The notes under the pieces are model-generated. The model saw only the letters and a list, made by a program, of their open reading frames with translations. It did no database searches and was not told the origin of the DNA. This document shows, piece after piece, positions 36,014 through 44,610 of a stretch of DNA of 59,899 bases. The translations under genes were made by a program, and so were the position numbers. Position 1 is the first letter of the stretch, and every line of letters begins with the position of its first letter. The stretch is from assembly GCA_963968475.1 (NCBI GenBank), contig CAXAHE010000001.1:1-59899 (forward strand), in the 5' to 3' direction. The stretch is from an uncultured Candidatus Poseidoniales archaeon. GTDB taxonomy: Archaea > Thermoplasmatota > Poseidoniia > Poseidoniales > Poseidoniaceae.

Positions 36014-37009
36014 TCACATGTGTCGCTGTTGGACATGTTCGACGATTCGCATGAGGAGCGATTTAGAGAGAGAGTCTGGGAATCGCTGGAGTTCAAGCGT
36101 TGCTCGCTCAAGATGTGTTCTCATGAGTAGTTGAGAATAACCAAGGGAGTCGGAGGTTTCGAGTAGACCCATTAGTTCGTCCCAGTTTTTATCAGTAAAC
36201 TGTTGGAGAATGGTTGAGAGATTCTTTCTTTTCTCTCCGTGTAGTAGTGTCAGGGCGTGAATTAAGGGGAGTGTCATTTTTCCTTCGATAACATCAGCAC
36301 CTCGTGGTTTACCCATTCGCTCATCGCCTTGGAGGTCAAGAAGGTCGTCCATAAGTTGGAATGCGATTCCTAGTTCCATGCCAAAACGACCCAGTGCTTG
36401 AGCATCAGACTGACTTGCTCCTGCAACGATTGCAGCAGCTTCGCAGCCAGCAGCAAATGGCCCTGCTGTTTTACCACGAACGATTTGTAAGTAATCCTCT
36501 GGTGAAGTTGAGAGGTTGAGAACATGATCGAGTTGCATGAATTCGGAAATTGCGATGTTTGCACAGCAATTTGTTACGAGGTCAATAATTGATTTCGTAT
36601 ACAATCCACCAAGTCCGAAACCGTGTACGAACAACCAATCTCCTGCGATAATCGCCTTCGCTTGTCCTGCTCGCTCATGCAGGGTTGTAATTCCGCGACG
36701 CTGTTTTGCAGCATCATTTATGTCGTCATGAACTAGCGTTGCAGTATGAATGAATTCGAAAGATAGCGCCAAATTCATTATTTCTTCAATATTCTTACCT
36801 CCTGCAACTTCATAGGCGATGATGGCAAGTAAGGGACGTAGTCTTTTTCCGCCTGATAAGAGCATCTCTCCAGCAAGTTCAGCAACTTCTCCTGCCCCAT
36901 TTTCGAGTTCTTTTTCAATCATTGAATTGAGGGCATCATTGACTTGCTTACGCAAGTTTTCAAGGCGGTTTAGTTCCGCTTCGCTAATTGCTTGCACAGT
37001 ATCATCCAC
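36014..37009 (-). CDS. idsA: Short-chain polyprenyl (geranylgeranyl) diphosphate synthase
   Basis: GGKRLRP, LVHDDINDAAKQRRG (first DDxxD) and FQLMDDLLDLQGD (second DDxxD) are present. Confidence 0.85.
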   Translation of the reverse strand: MDDTVQAISEAELNRLENLRKQVNDALNSMIEKELENGAGEVAELAGEMLLSGGKRLRPLLAIIAYEVAGGKNIEEIMNLALSFEFIHTATLVHDDINDAAKQRRGITTLHERAGQAKAIIAGDWLFVHGFGLGGLYTKSIIDLVTNCCANIAISEFMQLDHVLNLSTSPEDYLQIVRGKTAGPFAAGCEAAAIVAGASQSDAQALGRFGMELGIAFQLMDDLLDLQGDERMGKPRGADVIEGKMTLPLIHALTLLHGEKRKNLSTILQQFTDKNWDELMGLLETSDSLGYSQLLMRTHLERATLELQRFPDSLSKSLLMRIVEHVQQRHM

Positions 37010-37081
37010 AAGGGTGCCCTTCTTAACGAGTGGTCTCTGCCCATAGAACGCTGAGACCTATGTTTCGGCCGAGGTGAGACT

Positions 37082-38164
37082 TTGGAAAACGAACGATTAG
37101 TGTTTCTATCCACTACATCGCATGGCGATGGGGTCCGCCTGCAAATCGAAAAAACACTCGAGCAACGAAGTAGAACGTTTGATGCGGTTCTGAAACAAAC
37201 TCCAACCATTCAAGATGCCCTTTCCATTCTTTCAGATGGTTTAGGTGATGTTGTTGCCATGAGCCCAACAGATTGGACTCAACACAGGACTTCCGAGTTC
37301 TCTATCATTGGTCTTTTACCACGCAGAGAGCCTACATGGGTCATGGTCAGTGAGGATAAACCAGAATATTTAGTTAAAAATGCTATTCTATTCTGTGATC
37401 ATGAACTACTTAGAAGGCAATTGATGAGGCTACGAAGGGATATTGTGCTACAGACATCCGTCGAAGTGAATCTTGGAGATTGTGATGCTGGAAGTCGCGA
37501 AGAAATCGAGGCTATGGAAAACCTCAGATTAGAGGGCGAAATAGATGGATATGTCGTGAAGCGTTCCCAGTATAACCTCCTGTCGTCGAGGACAAGACGT
37601 CATACACTTGGACTCCAACGTGGTTCGCCAGAACGTGCTCGATTTATTCCACCCCCGCTTGATGGGTTCACACTCCTTGTTGGAAGAGTTGGTTTCCCCA
37701 AGGTGCGAGTTGAGCACATCCTAGATCCTTCTGCTGAATTATCATATCGAATCGAATCAAAGATTCTGGAAAGTATCCCTGGCCACCTCGTTTCGATTAC
37801 AGGCGTGCATGTTGAGCAGCGCGGGGTTGGAACAATTCTTCGAGAAGCTAAACGAATCAATGATGATTGGACAATGGAAGCAATGATCGATCCCGAATCA
37901 AATGTTAAAAACGCAGGTAAGCGATTGGAGATGCGAATCGAAACCTTAGGTCTCGATGGCAGAGTAAGTGCTTCTGCTGAACGTGTCGGTCAAGTTGACG
38001 GGCATCGCATTTCAATGATCAATCTCTTACAAGAATTGGGGAATATGCTTTCAGCTCTTACGTCTCCTCATGAGGCAACAAATAGGCGAATCCACGGATT
38101 ACCGGATGAGTTCCATGAAGAACGCCCAGCAATGATGTATCTTCATTCAGATGAATCAGAATGA
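37082..38164 (+). CDS. Hypothetical protein with weak hydroxymethylbilane synthase (HemC)-like resemblance
   Basis: TTG start preceded by GAGGTGAG at 37070-37077. By-eye parallels to HemC blocks: DVVAMSPTD (DIAVHSMKD), RREPTWVMV (REDPRDA.V), HELLRRQLMRLRRDI (TSSLRRQ.QL...RPDL). ESKILESIPGHLVSITGVHVE corresponds to ER..L..LEGGCQVPIG.YAE but lacks the Cys. The CDS itself is likely; the function is very uncertain. Confidence 0.35.
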   Translation: MENERLVFLSTTSHGDGVRLQIEKTLEQRSRTFDAVLKQTPTIQDALSILSDGLGDVVAMSPTDWTQHRTSEFSIIGLLPRREPTWVMVSEDKPEYLVKNAILFCDHELLRRQLMRLRRDIVLQTSVEVNLGDCDAGSREEIEAMENLRLEGEIDGYVVKRSQYNLLSSRTRRHTLGLQRGSPERARFIPPPLDGFTLLVGRVGFPKVRVEHILDPSAELSYRIESKILESIPGHLVSITGVHVEQRGVGTILREAKRINDDWTMEAMIDPESNVKNAGKRLEMRIETLGLDGRVSASAERVGQVDGHRISMINLLQELGNMLSALTSPHEATNRRIHGLPDEFHEERPAMMYLHSDESE

Positions 38165-38760
38165 CCGAGTTCTTGACGAGCTTGTTCAATTGATTCTGGG
38201 GTTCGGTTGTTTCCTGCAAGAATCACTTCAAAGCCGTTATCGAGAAGGTATTTTTCTAAATCGACTAATGAAACAGCCGGATTTGGGTCGCATAGGTTGC
38301 CAATAATTTCATCAATCTCTCGGCTTGTTGCTTCCCAAGAACCTGCTGCACGTTGAAGTTCGACAGCAAAGCGTTCAACGATTTCAACTGCACTTCTGCT
38401 TGGAGTTTGAGCCTCTCTCATGGATTGGGCAACTGTTTCGTGTTGTTCCCGCAATTGGTGGATCTCGTTCAATGAATTCCGAAGGATATTTCTAAATTCT
38501 TCGAGATTACTATTTTTCGAATATTTTCTGTAGGCTTTATCCAAGCGGGAACTGAGTGAGGATGCACCTGCCGCAATCGCTTCTTTAGCCTTGACTGATT
38601 GCACAATCGCTTCACTAGCCAACTGAATACGCTCGTTGAGAGTATCGTTGAAACGCCTGGACTCATCTGCGAGGTCTCTTCGGACAATATCGCGAAGTGT
38701 GTTGCCTAATTCATGCGCTTGTTTTAGCATAGAACGGGCTGTCTTTTCTGCACTTGACAT
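38143..38760 (-). CDS. Hypothetical coiled-coil protein
   Basis: 205 aa, helical and heptad-rich. I recognise no family. Its 3' end overlaps the previous gene by 22 nt. Confidence 0.5.
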   Translation of the reverse strand: MSSAEKTARSMLKQAHELGNTLRDIVRRDLADESRRFNDTLNERIQLASEAIVQSVKAKEAIAAGASSLSSRLDKAYRKYSKNSNLEEFRNILRNSLNEIHQLREQHETVAQSMREAQTPSRSAVEIVERFAVELQRAAGSWEATSREIDEIIGNLCDPNPAVSLVDLEKYLLDNGFEVILAGNNRTPESIEQARQELGHSDSSE

Positions 38761-38938
38761 GGATTCACCAATGAGTCCTGTGAGTCGAACGTGTTTGAAG
38801 GTTTAGCCAATTTTCTTCTTTCTTGGATTGAAATACGATGTTGAACAACATATCCATCCTTCCAAACTGAACGATTTGGCATGTCTTGACAGCGAAACCA
38901 CATATACTGTAAGGGGGCAACGAGGCTTAGGTGCCCTT

Positions 38939-40693
38939 ATGAGTGATCGTTCAAGTCTCTTGTCTGAACTCTATCAGGCGCGTCTTGAAGACCTGAAGGA
39001 AATTGCTTCTGCATATGGATTAGCAAAGAATGGATCCGTTGAATTTCTTCGAGCACAACTCATACGTGATCTGATTCTTTCGGAGTGGGATCTCACAATC
39101 GATGGGCTGCGTGTCATTCTTAACAGTGACTTAGGAGATTTACTTGGGGTCTTTGGAATTAAGAAAACTGGTTCACTTCGAACTCGAAGGCAACGTTTGT
39201 ACCTTCATTTGAATCATGATCCGAAGCAACTTAGGGAAGATAAACTTGAGAAATTGTCCAAGGAAGACCTTCATTCACTGTGTAAAGCATTGGAACTCCC
39301 GCGTTCAGGAAATCGACAAACACTGTTAATTCGAGTCGCAGGTGTTCTATCTGCACAACACAAGAACTGGGGTACAATCAAACGCTCACTGAAGAGGAAC
39401 GGGCCGACGATCAACATACCATCGCCATCAGAAGATAGTGAAGCCCCTACTCAAGCAACAACAATTGAGGCGAAAGTCGAAACATTCACTGAACAAAATC
39501 CTGAAGGATGGACGTTCGAACAAGAGTCTGAACTCATTGGAGAAATGGAAGATGAAGGGCTTGACGCTTCTCTTGCTGATATCGCAGCTTCTATAGATGA
39601 ATCACTTCAATCCTTTGCACCTCTCCCGGAGGTTCAAGATGTACCGCCAATGCTGCAAGAAATGCCTCTTGAAGAACCAACACTGGAAGAAGAAGCAGCC
39701 CTTCTAGAAATTAATGCCCGTAGGGCAGAAGTTGAAGCAGCAGCACGCGACTATCTTCTTGTTGGCAGCACCACTGATATGGAAGATATGAGTGCCTTCA
39801 TATCAGGTCTTACAACGCATGGTTTCTCTGTCGAGATGCAACGTGTTCAAGATGCAATTCGAACCATTATCATGGAAGTAGCATATCGTTCTGAACAAGA
39901 GCAAAATGCACTTTCAACAAAACCAGGTTCTTGGTCTGAACGTGAAGCAATTCGAATGTTTGAACAAATTCGACCTCACATGAGAGAGCGCATCCCAGAA
40001 ATTGTAGCCGGACAGAAAGGAAATTTAGTTCAGGCACGAATGGAATTTGAAGAAGAAGCCCGTTCCAAAGGTTTGGACTTGAGGAGTCCTGCTGTATCTG
40101 GCCGACTTCACGCTTTGTTTGATTTGCATCTTGAAATCAGTGAGGCTGAAGAATTACAGGATCCTATTGCAGCTCGGAAAAACCGCTTGTTGAGAATTCT
40201 CTATCATGGTGCAATTCATCTTCCAGACCAAAGCCGTCGAACAATTGAGAGGCTTGAAAGAAATCTTAGTTCCTTTGAATCTCTTGTTGAGACTGTACTT
40301 GAATCCAGTGAAGGCGACTTTTCCGAAGGACAACAAAGTCTGATTATTCGTTTCCTAGAATCGAAGGGGTATCTTGTTAACACTAGCGAATTACGACCTC
40401 GAGTTCTTGCATGTGCAGGGATTATTGGAACTGAATTAGGATATCTGACTCCTAATCAAATCCCACGGCTAGCACCTGGCATTCTTGTTAGTGATGACCA
40501 AGTCGATGCGATTGTTGCTGAACTGAGAGCTCTGGCTGCTACATTCAAACCAAAACAGGTTGAGAAAGAAGAACCTGAACTAGAACTCGCTGATTCTGTT
40601 GCAGACGCTTCAGACCGTGTGGGGAATGTTCGTGGAAAGATTGACCGTGTCGATGCTTTGCTAGCAAGACTCAGACTTCAAGACAATCAATGA
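38939..40693 (+). CDS. Hypothetical protein with three N-terminal SAP/HeH-like motifs and a long acidic/helical C-terminal region
   Basis: The ATG at 38939 follows AGGTG. The track start at 38828 is TTG. The SAP-like helix-extended-helix units are LEDLKEIASAYGLAKNGSVEFLRAQLIRDL, LGDLLGVFGIKKTGSLRTRRQRLYLHL and KEDLHSLCKALELPRSGNRQTLLIRVAGVL. Confidence 0.5.
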   Translation: MSDRSSLLSELYQARLEDLKEIASAYGLAKNGSVEFLRAQLIRDLILSEWDLTIDGLRVILNSDLGDLLGVFGIKKTGSLRTRRQRLYLHLNHDPKQLREDKLEKLSKEDLHSLCKALELPRSGNRQTLLIRVAGVLSAQHKNWGTIKRSLKRNGPTINIPSPSEDSEAPTQATTIEAKVETFTEQNPEGWTFEQESELIGEMEDEGLDASLADIAASIDESLQSFAPLPEVQDVPPMLQEMPLEEPTLEEEAALLEINARRAEVEAAARDYLLVGSTTDMEDMSAFISGLTTHGFSVEMQRVQDAIRTIIMEVAYRSEQEQNALSTKPGSWSEREAIRMFEQIRPHMRERIPEIVAGQKGNLVQARMEFEEEARSKGLDLRSPAVSGRLHALFDLHLEISEAEELQDPIAARKNRLLRILYHGAIHLPDQSRRTIERLERNLSSFESLVETVLESSEGDFSEGQQSLIIRFLESKGYLVNTSELRPRVLACAGIIGTELGYLTPNQIPRLAPGILVSDDQVDAIVAELRALAATFKPKQVEKEEPELELADSVADASDRVGNVRGKIDRVDALLARLRLQDNQ

Positions 40694-41931
40694 TTGTTCT
40701 GAGCATAGAAGTTTTGCACGACAGTTGTAACAGATTGAATATCTGATATTCCACGAGCAACTAAATCTTCAATGATTTGTTGTCGTTGATTAACGTGCTT
40801 TTCGAAAACATCAGGAGTTACACCTGCCGCTCTACAAATGACTTCTCTGAGGTTAGAAGGGATTCCAGTTTCTTCGATTTGATCAGTATGAGCATTGTAC
40901 TTCCAGATTGTGTTGAGACGAGGTTTTGAACCTTCCATTCCTGCGATTTCAGCAACTTCTGTGATCTTACGCGCTGTTTTTCCATTAACGTGCAGTCGTG
41001 CTTGAATAATAATCAAGTCGAGACCTGTAAGCATAATCGGTGGTACATTCATCGGTGGATTGATCATTCTCGTAACAGTTTCTTGAGCAGTGTTTGCGTG
41101 AAGGCTGCCAAAGGAACCGTCGTGACCAGTATTCATTGCAGTAAGGAGCGTAGCACATTCTGGTCCACGGACTTCTCCAACAATAATTCTGTCAGGTCGC
41201 ATACGTAGGCTCGATTTCAAGCAGTCATTCATGTCGACTTCAGGTGTTCCATCAGGACGTTCTCTTCGTGTTTCCATACGAAGCCAGTGGTCGTGGTATA
41301 CTTGTAATTCAGCAGTATCTTCGACAGTAAGGAGCCGGCGGCTCCATGGAATGTACATTCCAAGACAATTCAAAGTCGTAGTTTTACCCGAACCAGTACC
41401 TCCTGCAATAACGAAGTTTGCAGGTCGGCTGTCAAGTCCTTCAATCCAAACCCACATCATAGCGGCAAGTCTTGAATTGACAGTTCCAAATTTGACGAGG
41501 TCGATCATCGTCAGTGGGTCTTCCTTGAATTTACGAATTGTGAGTGTTGGTCCATCTGGTGAAACGGGTGGGATTGTTCCGTTAACACGGGATCCATCCG
41601 GAAGGCGACCATCGAATATAGGTACCATTCCAGGTCCGTCTCCAAGTGGAACGTTTGTGAAACCAGCAATGTTTTTTGCGATTTGCATTCCAGCTTCATC
41701 ATTGATCCAAACATTTGTGCGGCACATACCATGCTCTCGATGAGCAACTTTGACACACTGTGTTCCGCCGTTATACATGACTTCTTCGAGATTATCATCT
41801 TCGAAAAGTACTGCAAGATCGCCATGCGGGTTGGGTGCAACAGACCCTTCGACATGGTAAATTGGAGAAGGATGGTTTGGTTCTGTATAGATTGTTACAT
41901 TTCCGTATTGTTCTAAAATTTGGTCTGACAT
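40687..41931 (-). CDS. Type II/IV secretion-family ATPase (CpaF/ArlI/VirB11-like) of a type IV filament system
   Basis: TIRKF, the Walker A motif IAGGTGSGKTTTLN, VEDTAEL, RPDRIIVGEVRGPE and NTGHDGSFGSLHAN are present. 414 aa, shorter than typical archaellum ArlI/FlaI. Confidence 0.85.
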   Translation of the reverse strand: MSDQILEQYGNVTIYTEPNHPSPIYHVEGSVAPNPHGDLAVLFEDDNLEEVMYNGGTQCVKVAHREHGMCRTNVWINDEAGMQIAKNIAGFTNVPLGDGPGMVPIFDGRLPDGSRVNGTIPPVSPDGPTLTIRKFKEDPLTMIDLVKFGTVNSRLAAMMWVWIEGLDSRPANFVIAGGTGSGKTTTLNCLGMYIPWSRRLLTVEDTAELQVYHDHWLRMETRRERPDGTPEVDMNDCLKSSLRMRPDRIIVGEVRGPECATLLTAMNTGHDGSFGSLHANTAQETVTRMINPPMNVPPIMLTGLDLIIIQARLHVNGKTARKITEVAEIAGMEGSKPRLNTIWKYNAHTDQIEETGIPSNLREVICRAAGVTPDVFEKHVNQRQQIIEDLVARGISDIQSVTTVVQNFYAQNNH

Positions 41932-41940
41932 AAATTCACC

Positions 41941-42672
41941 TCATCCACCGATCATTTTTGTTGCTCCTAAAAAGAAGAACATGGACATCGTCATCCAGAG
42001 TGGTACAAACCACATTACATCTCTCATTCTGCCGAGCATTCGCCCAGATACAGCAACTCCGATTGCGCTTGCTACAGCGAAGAAGAGGCTGAATGTGGAG
42101 AGGAAACCATCAATTTGGAATCCCTTTGAACCAGGGGTAAACAATCCCACAAGAAATCCAATAAGACCAGGAAGTCCGATACAAATGAAGAGAATAATAA
42201 GGATGCCACTTCCTTGAAGTTCAGTTTCTCTTTTGTTCATCAAATCGTTGAGCCTTTCGTAATCCATTGATAAATTCATCAAAATTTCTTGAAGCGGAGC
42301 ACCTTGCTCAATAGCAGTTTCAAGTAGGTGCATGACACGCTGGACTTGAGATGATCTGGTTTTCGTTGCAAAACTAGAGAGAGCGGCATCAAAGGTATTT
42401 ACATGACTTTCAGCCAATGTTTCTTCGAGCAATGGGCCAAGTGGGGCTGGTGCAGTTTTTGCTTGCTGTTGCATTGCTTCTTGGATACCGAGGCCTGCCC
42501 CGACTGTATCGGACAATGCTTCAAGGAAACTTGGTAAGGCGTTCTCAATTTTTCTTCTTCGAATCCGTTCTCGAATTGGAGGAATTCCTCCTCCGAGCAT
42601 AGCAAAGCCAACAACACCCAAGAACAACATCATCGGTTGATTATTGAACGATTCCAGTAGGCGAAAGAGCAT
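41941..42672 (-). CDS. T2SSF-domain platform protein (TadC/half-ArlJ-like)
   Basis: 243 aa. N-terminal TM, then a cytoplasmic helical domain (ENALPSFLEALSDTVGAGLGIQEAM..), then C-terminal TM helices. Confidence 0.65.
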   Translation of the reverse strand: MLFRLLESFNNQPMMLFLGVVGFAMLGGGIPPIRERIRRRKIENALPSFLEALSDTVGAGLGIQEAMQQQAKTAPAPLGPLLEETLAESHVNTFDAALSSFATKTRSSQVQRVMHLLETAIEQGAPLQEILMNLSMDYERLNDLMNKRETELQGSGILIILFICIGLPGLIGFLVGLFTPGSKGFQIDGFLSTFSLFFAVASAIGVAVSGRMLGRMRDVMWFVPLWMTMSMFFFLGATKMIGG

Positions 42673-42676
42673 GATA

Positions 42677-43252
42677 TCACAACCCTGGATCCTTTGTGTG
42701 GGTTTTCAGACCGATCATAACCATTGCAAGAATCGTAAGCATTAGCCCCGCATTAACTACCATATTGATTGTTGATTGCTCTGGCATACCAAAGAAACTG
42801 CCCATGTCTCCTACAAGTTGGGGGAAGAGGCCGAAAACCGCAAGGATGATTGGGCCAATCATTCCAATTGAGAGGAGTGATTCTGGAACCCCACTTAAGT
42901 CTTCAATATATTTTTTTACATCTTCAGTACGTTCTTCTTCCATGCGACTTCCTTGCTTTTTCAAGGTGTTAATTATGTCCGTATTTTGAGTGATATTCAT
43001 GTGCATGATGTTAAGCAGACGACGATATCCTTCAGTCTCTGATTTATTCATCATACTCTTGAGTTCTTTTTCGAGTGTTCGTCCACCACTTCTAACCTTG
43101 TCCATCATCTCTTTGAAGTCCTCTGAGATGATTCCATATCCCCCTTGGGAAATACTGTGAATTGTTGCTTCGAGACCAATTCCCGATGACATGAGGACAT
43201 CCATTGCACGAATGACATAGAGAACTTCTCTCTTTTCGTCCAGTTTACGCAT
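42677..43252 (-). CDS. T2SSF-domain platform protein (TadB/half-ArlJ-like)
   Basis: 191 aa. A cytoplasmic helical domain (LYVIRAMDVLMSSGIGLEATIHSI..) is followed by TM helices. It lies 4 nt from the next gene. Confidence 0.65.
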   Translation of the reverse strand: MRKLDEKREVLYVIRAMDVLMSSGIGLEATIHSISQGGYGIISEDFKEMMDKVRSGGRTLEKELKSMMNKSETEGYRRLLNIMHMNITQNTDIINTLKKQGSRMEEERTEDVKKYIEDLSGVPESLLSIGMIGPIILAVFGLFPQLVGDMGSFFGMPEQSTINMVVNAGLMLTILAMVMIGLKTHTKDPGL

Positions 43253-43262
43253 ACTTTCACCT

Positions 43263-43616
43263 TCAAATGACGTCTTCTATCAGTTCAAAATGGAACTTTT
43301 CAGTAGAACCCTCGTACTCAAGAGCAGAAAAAATGACTTTAACATCTCTTTCTTCAAATGGGTCGTGGATAAATGGTTGCCCTGATCGAAACATCTCGAG
43401 AATGCGCTTGTAATCTTCAAGGGATAGAATCCCTCGAACATTGTAGACAGTAGATTCTGAGCCTTCATCGTGGAGATTATCGCCTTCTCCACCACGGATA
43501 ATTGTACGGGTCATCCTTCGTGTCAATCGAACATCAATATCTGCGTTCGGTATCCGAACCCAATCTGATGCGCCTGTCCCAGTTGCCGGTCGAATGAAAA
43601 AATCCATGCCTGCCAT
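43263..43616 (-). CDS. Hypothetical soluble protein tightly linked to the pilus platform genes
   Basis: 117 aa with no TM. It ends 10 nt before the platform gene. I recognise no family. Confidence 0.5.
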   Translation of the reverse strand: MAGMDFFIRPATGTGASDWVRIPNADIDVRLTRRMTRTIIRGGEGDNLHDEGSESTVYNVRGILSLEDYKRILEMFRSGQPFIHDPFEERDVKVIFSALEYEGSTEKFHFELIEDVI

Positions 43617-43674
43617 AATGACCCCAATTAGTCTGAGGGTGAAGGCAAGATTTGAATGTGTTGGAGTAATTCTC

Positions 43675-44610
43675 TCAAGAAACTATCTTGAACCAACCAA
43701 ACCTTGGCTCATGTAAGATGCCTTCATCACTCATAGCATCAAGTTCAGATTCGCTCTTGTCACGTGGGAAACCACGTGCTGCTAGATTTCGAACAAGAGA
43801 TTCGAAATCGACTCCGTCTCCGTTATCCATTGCTTGAATACATTCGAGAACTACTGGCCGTAGATCGTCGTCAGCTTCTGTAGCCACCTCTTCAACCTCT
43901 GCAAGATTTAGCGTAGGAGGAGGTGCTGTAGCGGCTTCGAGTTTCCCTTCAGCGATATCCAATGCTTGCATGACGTTTAATCGGTATGTTTCGGTATCAA
44001 TCTGTCCATAATGGCCTTGAGCAGCAAGGAGGCCAGGTATCATGTCTTCAGCAACACCCGCTTCTTTCATTCCTTCAGTTGTCGGCTCACAACTCAGTGT
44101 AAGTTTATGCTGACTAAGGCGGTTGAGTGTTGCAGCAGAAGCGCTGACAAGCCAAGAAGCGTATCGTTCCCTATCAATTATGCACGCTTCTTCAGGTCGA
44201 AGGGATGTGTATACTGCTCCTTCATCGGTTTGATACCAACGCGCTTTTGCAGTCATTGTGAGTAGAACTGGTTCTCCAGCATCAATTTTTTCCAGTAACT
44301 GAATTACGAATTCTCTCATTGATTCTGTTGCATATTCGCCCACAGAGAAATAGTGAAGGCCAGAAGGGTCTCGAATTTGCCCATTGTACATCTGTGAACC
44401 ATTACTGGTTTCTCTTAACTCTAATCGTTCAACTAAGCCTGAAACAATAAGGCGGTTGACTTTTGCACCAAGCTTTGTTATGACGAAAGTAGGATCAAAT
44501 TCTCCAGTTCCTTTCTCATTAAGAGTAGATTCTCCAAATTCAGAAGCAAGCATGAACCATGCTGGTTGGCGTTTAATTTGCTGTGTTCCGATCATTATTC
44601 CATCCCCCAT
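43675..44610 (-). CDS. RPA-associated OB-fold protein (Rpap-like)
   Basis: QPAWFMLASEFGEST..DPTFVITKLGAKVNRLIVSGLVERLE..YNGQIRDPSGLHYFSVGEYATES parallels the Rpap family block (..AP.YV.TP.GA.VNR.F.VGVL.E...R..DPTG.F..YAGQY.P). That family is found next to rpa genes in haloarchaea. An alternative start at 44595 overlaps the rpa stop (TAATG). Confidence 0.65.
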   Translation of the reverse strand: MGDGIMIGTQQIKRQPAWFMLASEFGESTLNEKGTGEFDPTFVITKLGAKVNRLIVSGLVERLELRETSNGSQMYNGQIRDPSGLHYFSVGEYATESMREFVIQLLEKIDAGEPVLLTMTAKARWYQTDEGAVYTSLRPEEACIIDRERYASWLVSASAATLNRLSQHKLTLSCEPTTEGMKEAGVAEDMIPGLLAAQGHYGQIDTETYRLNVMQALDIAEGKLEAATAPPPTLNLAEVEEVATEADDDLRPVVLECIQAMDNGDGVDFESLVRNLAARGFPRDKSESELDAMSDEGILHEPRFGWFKIVS

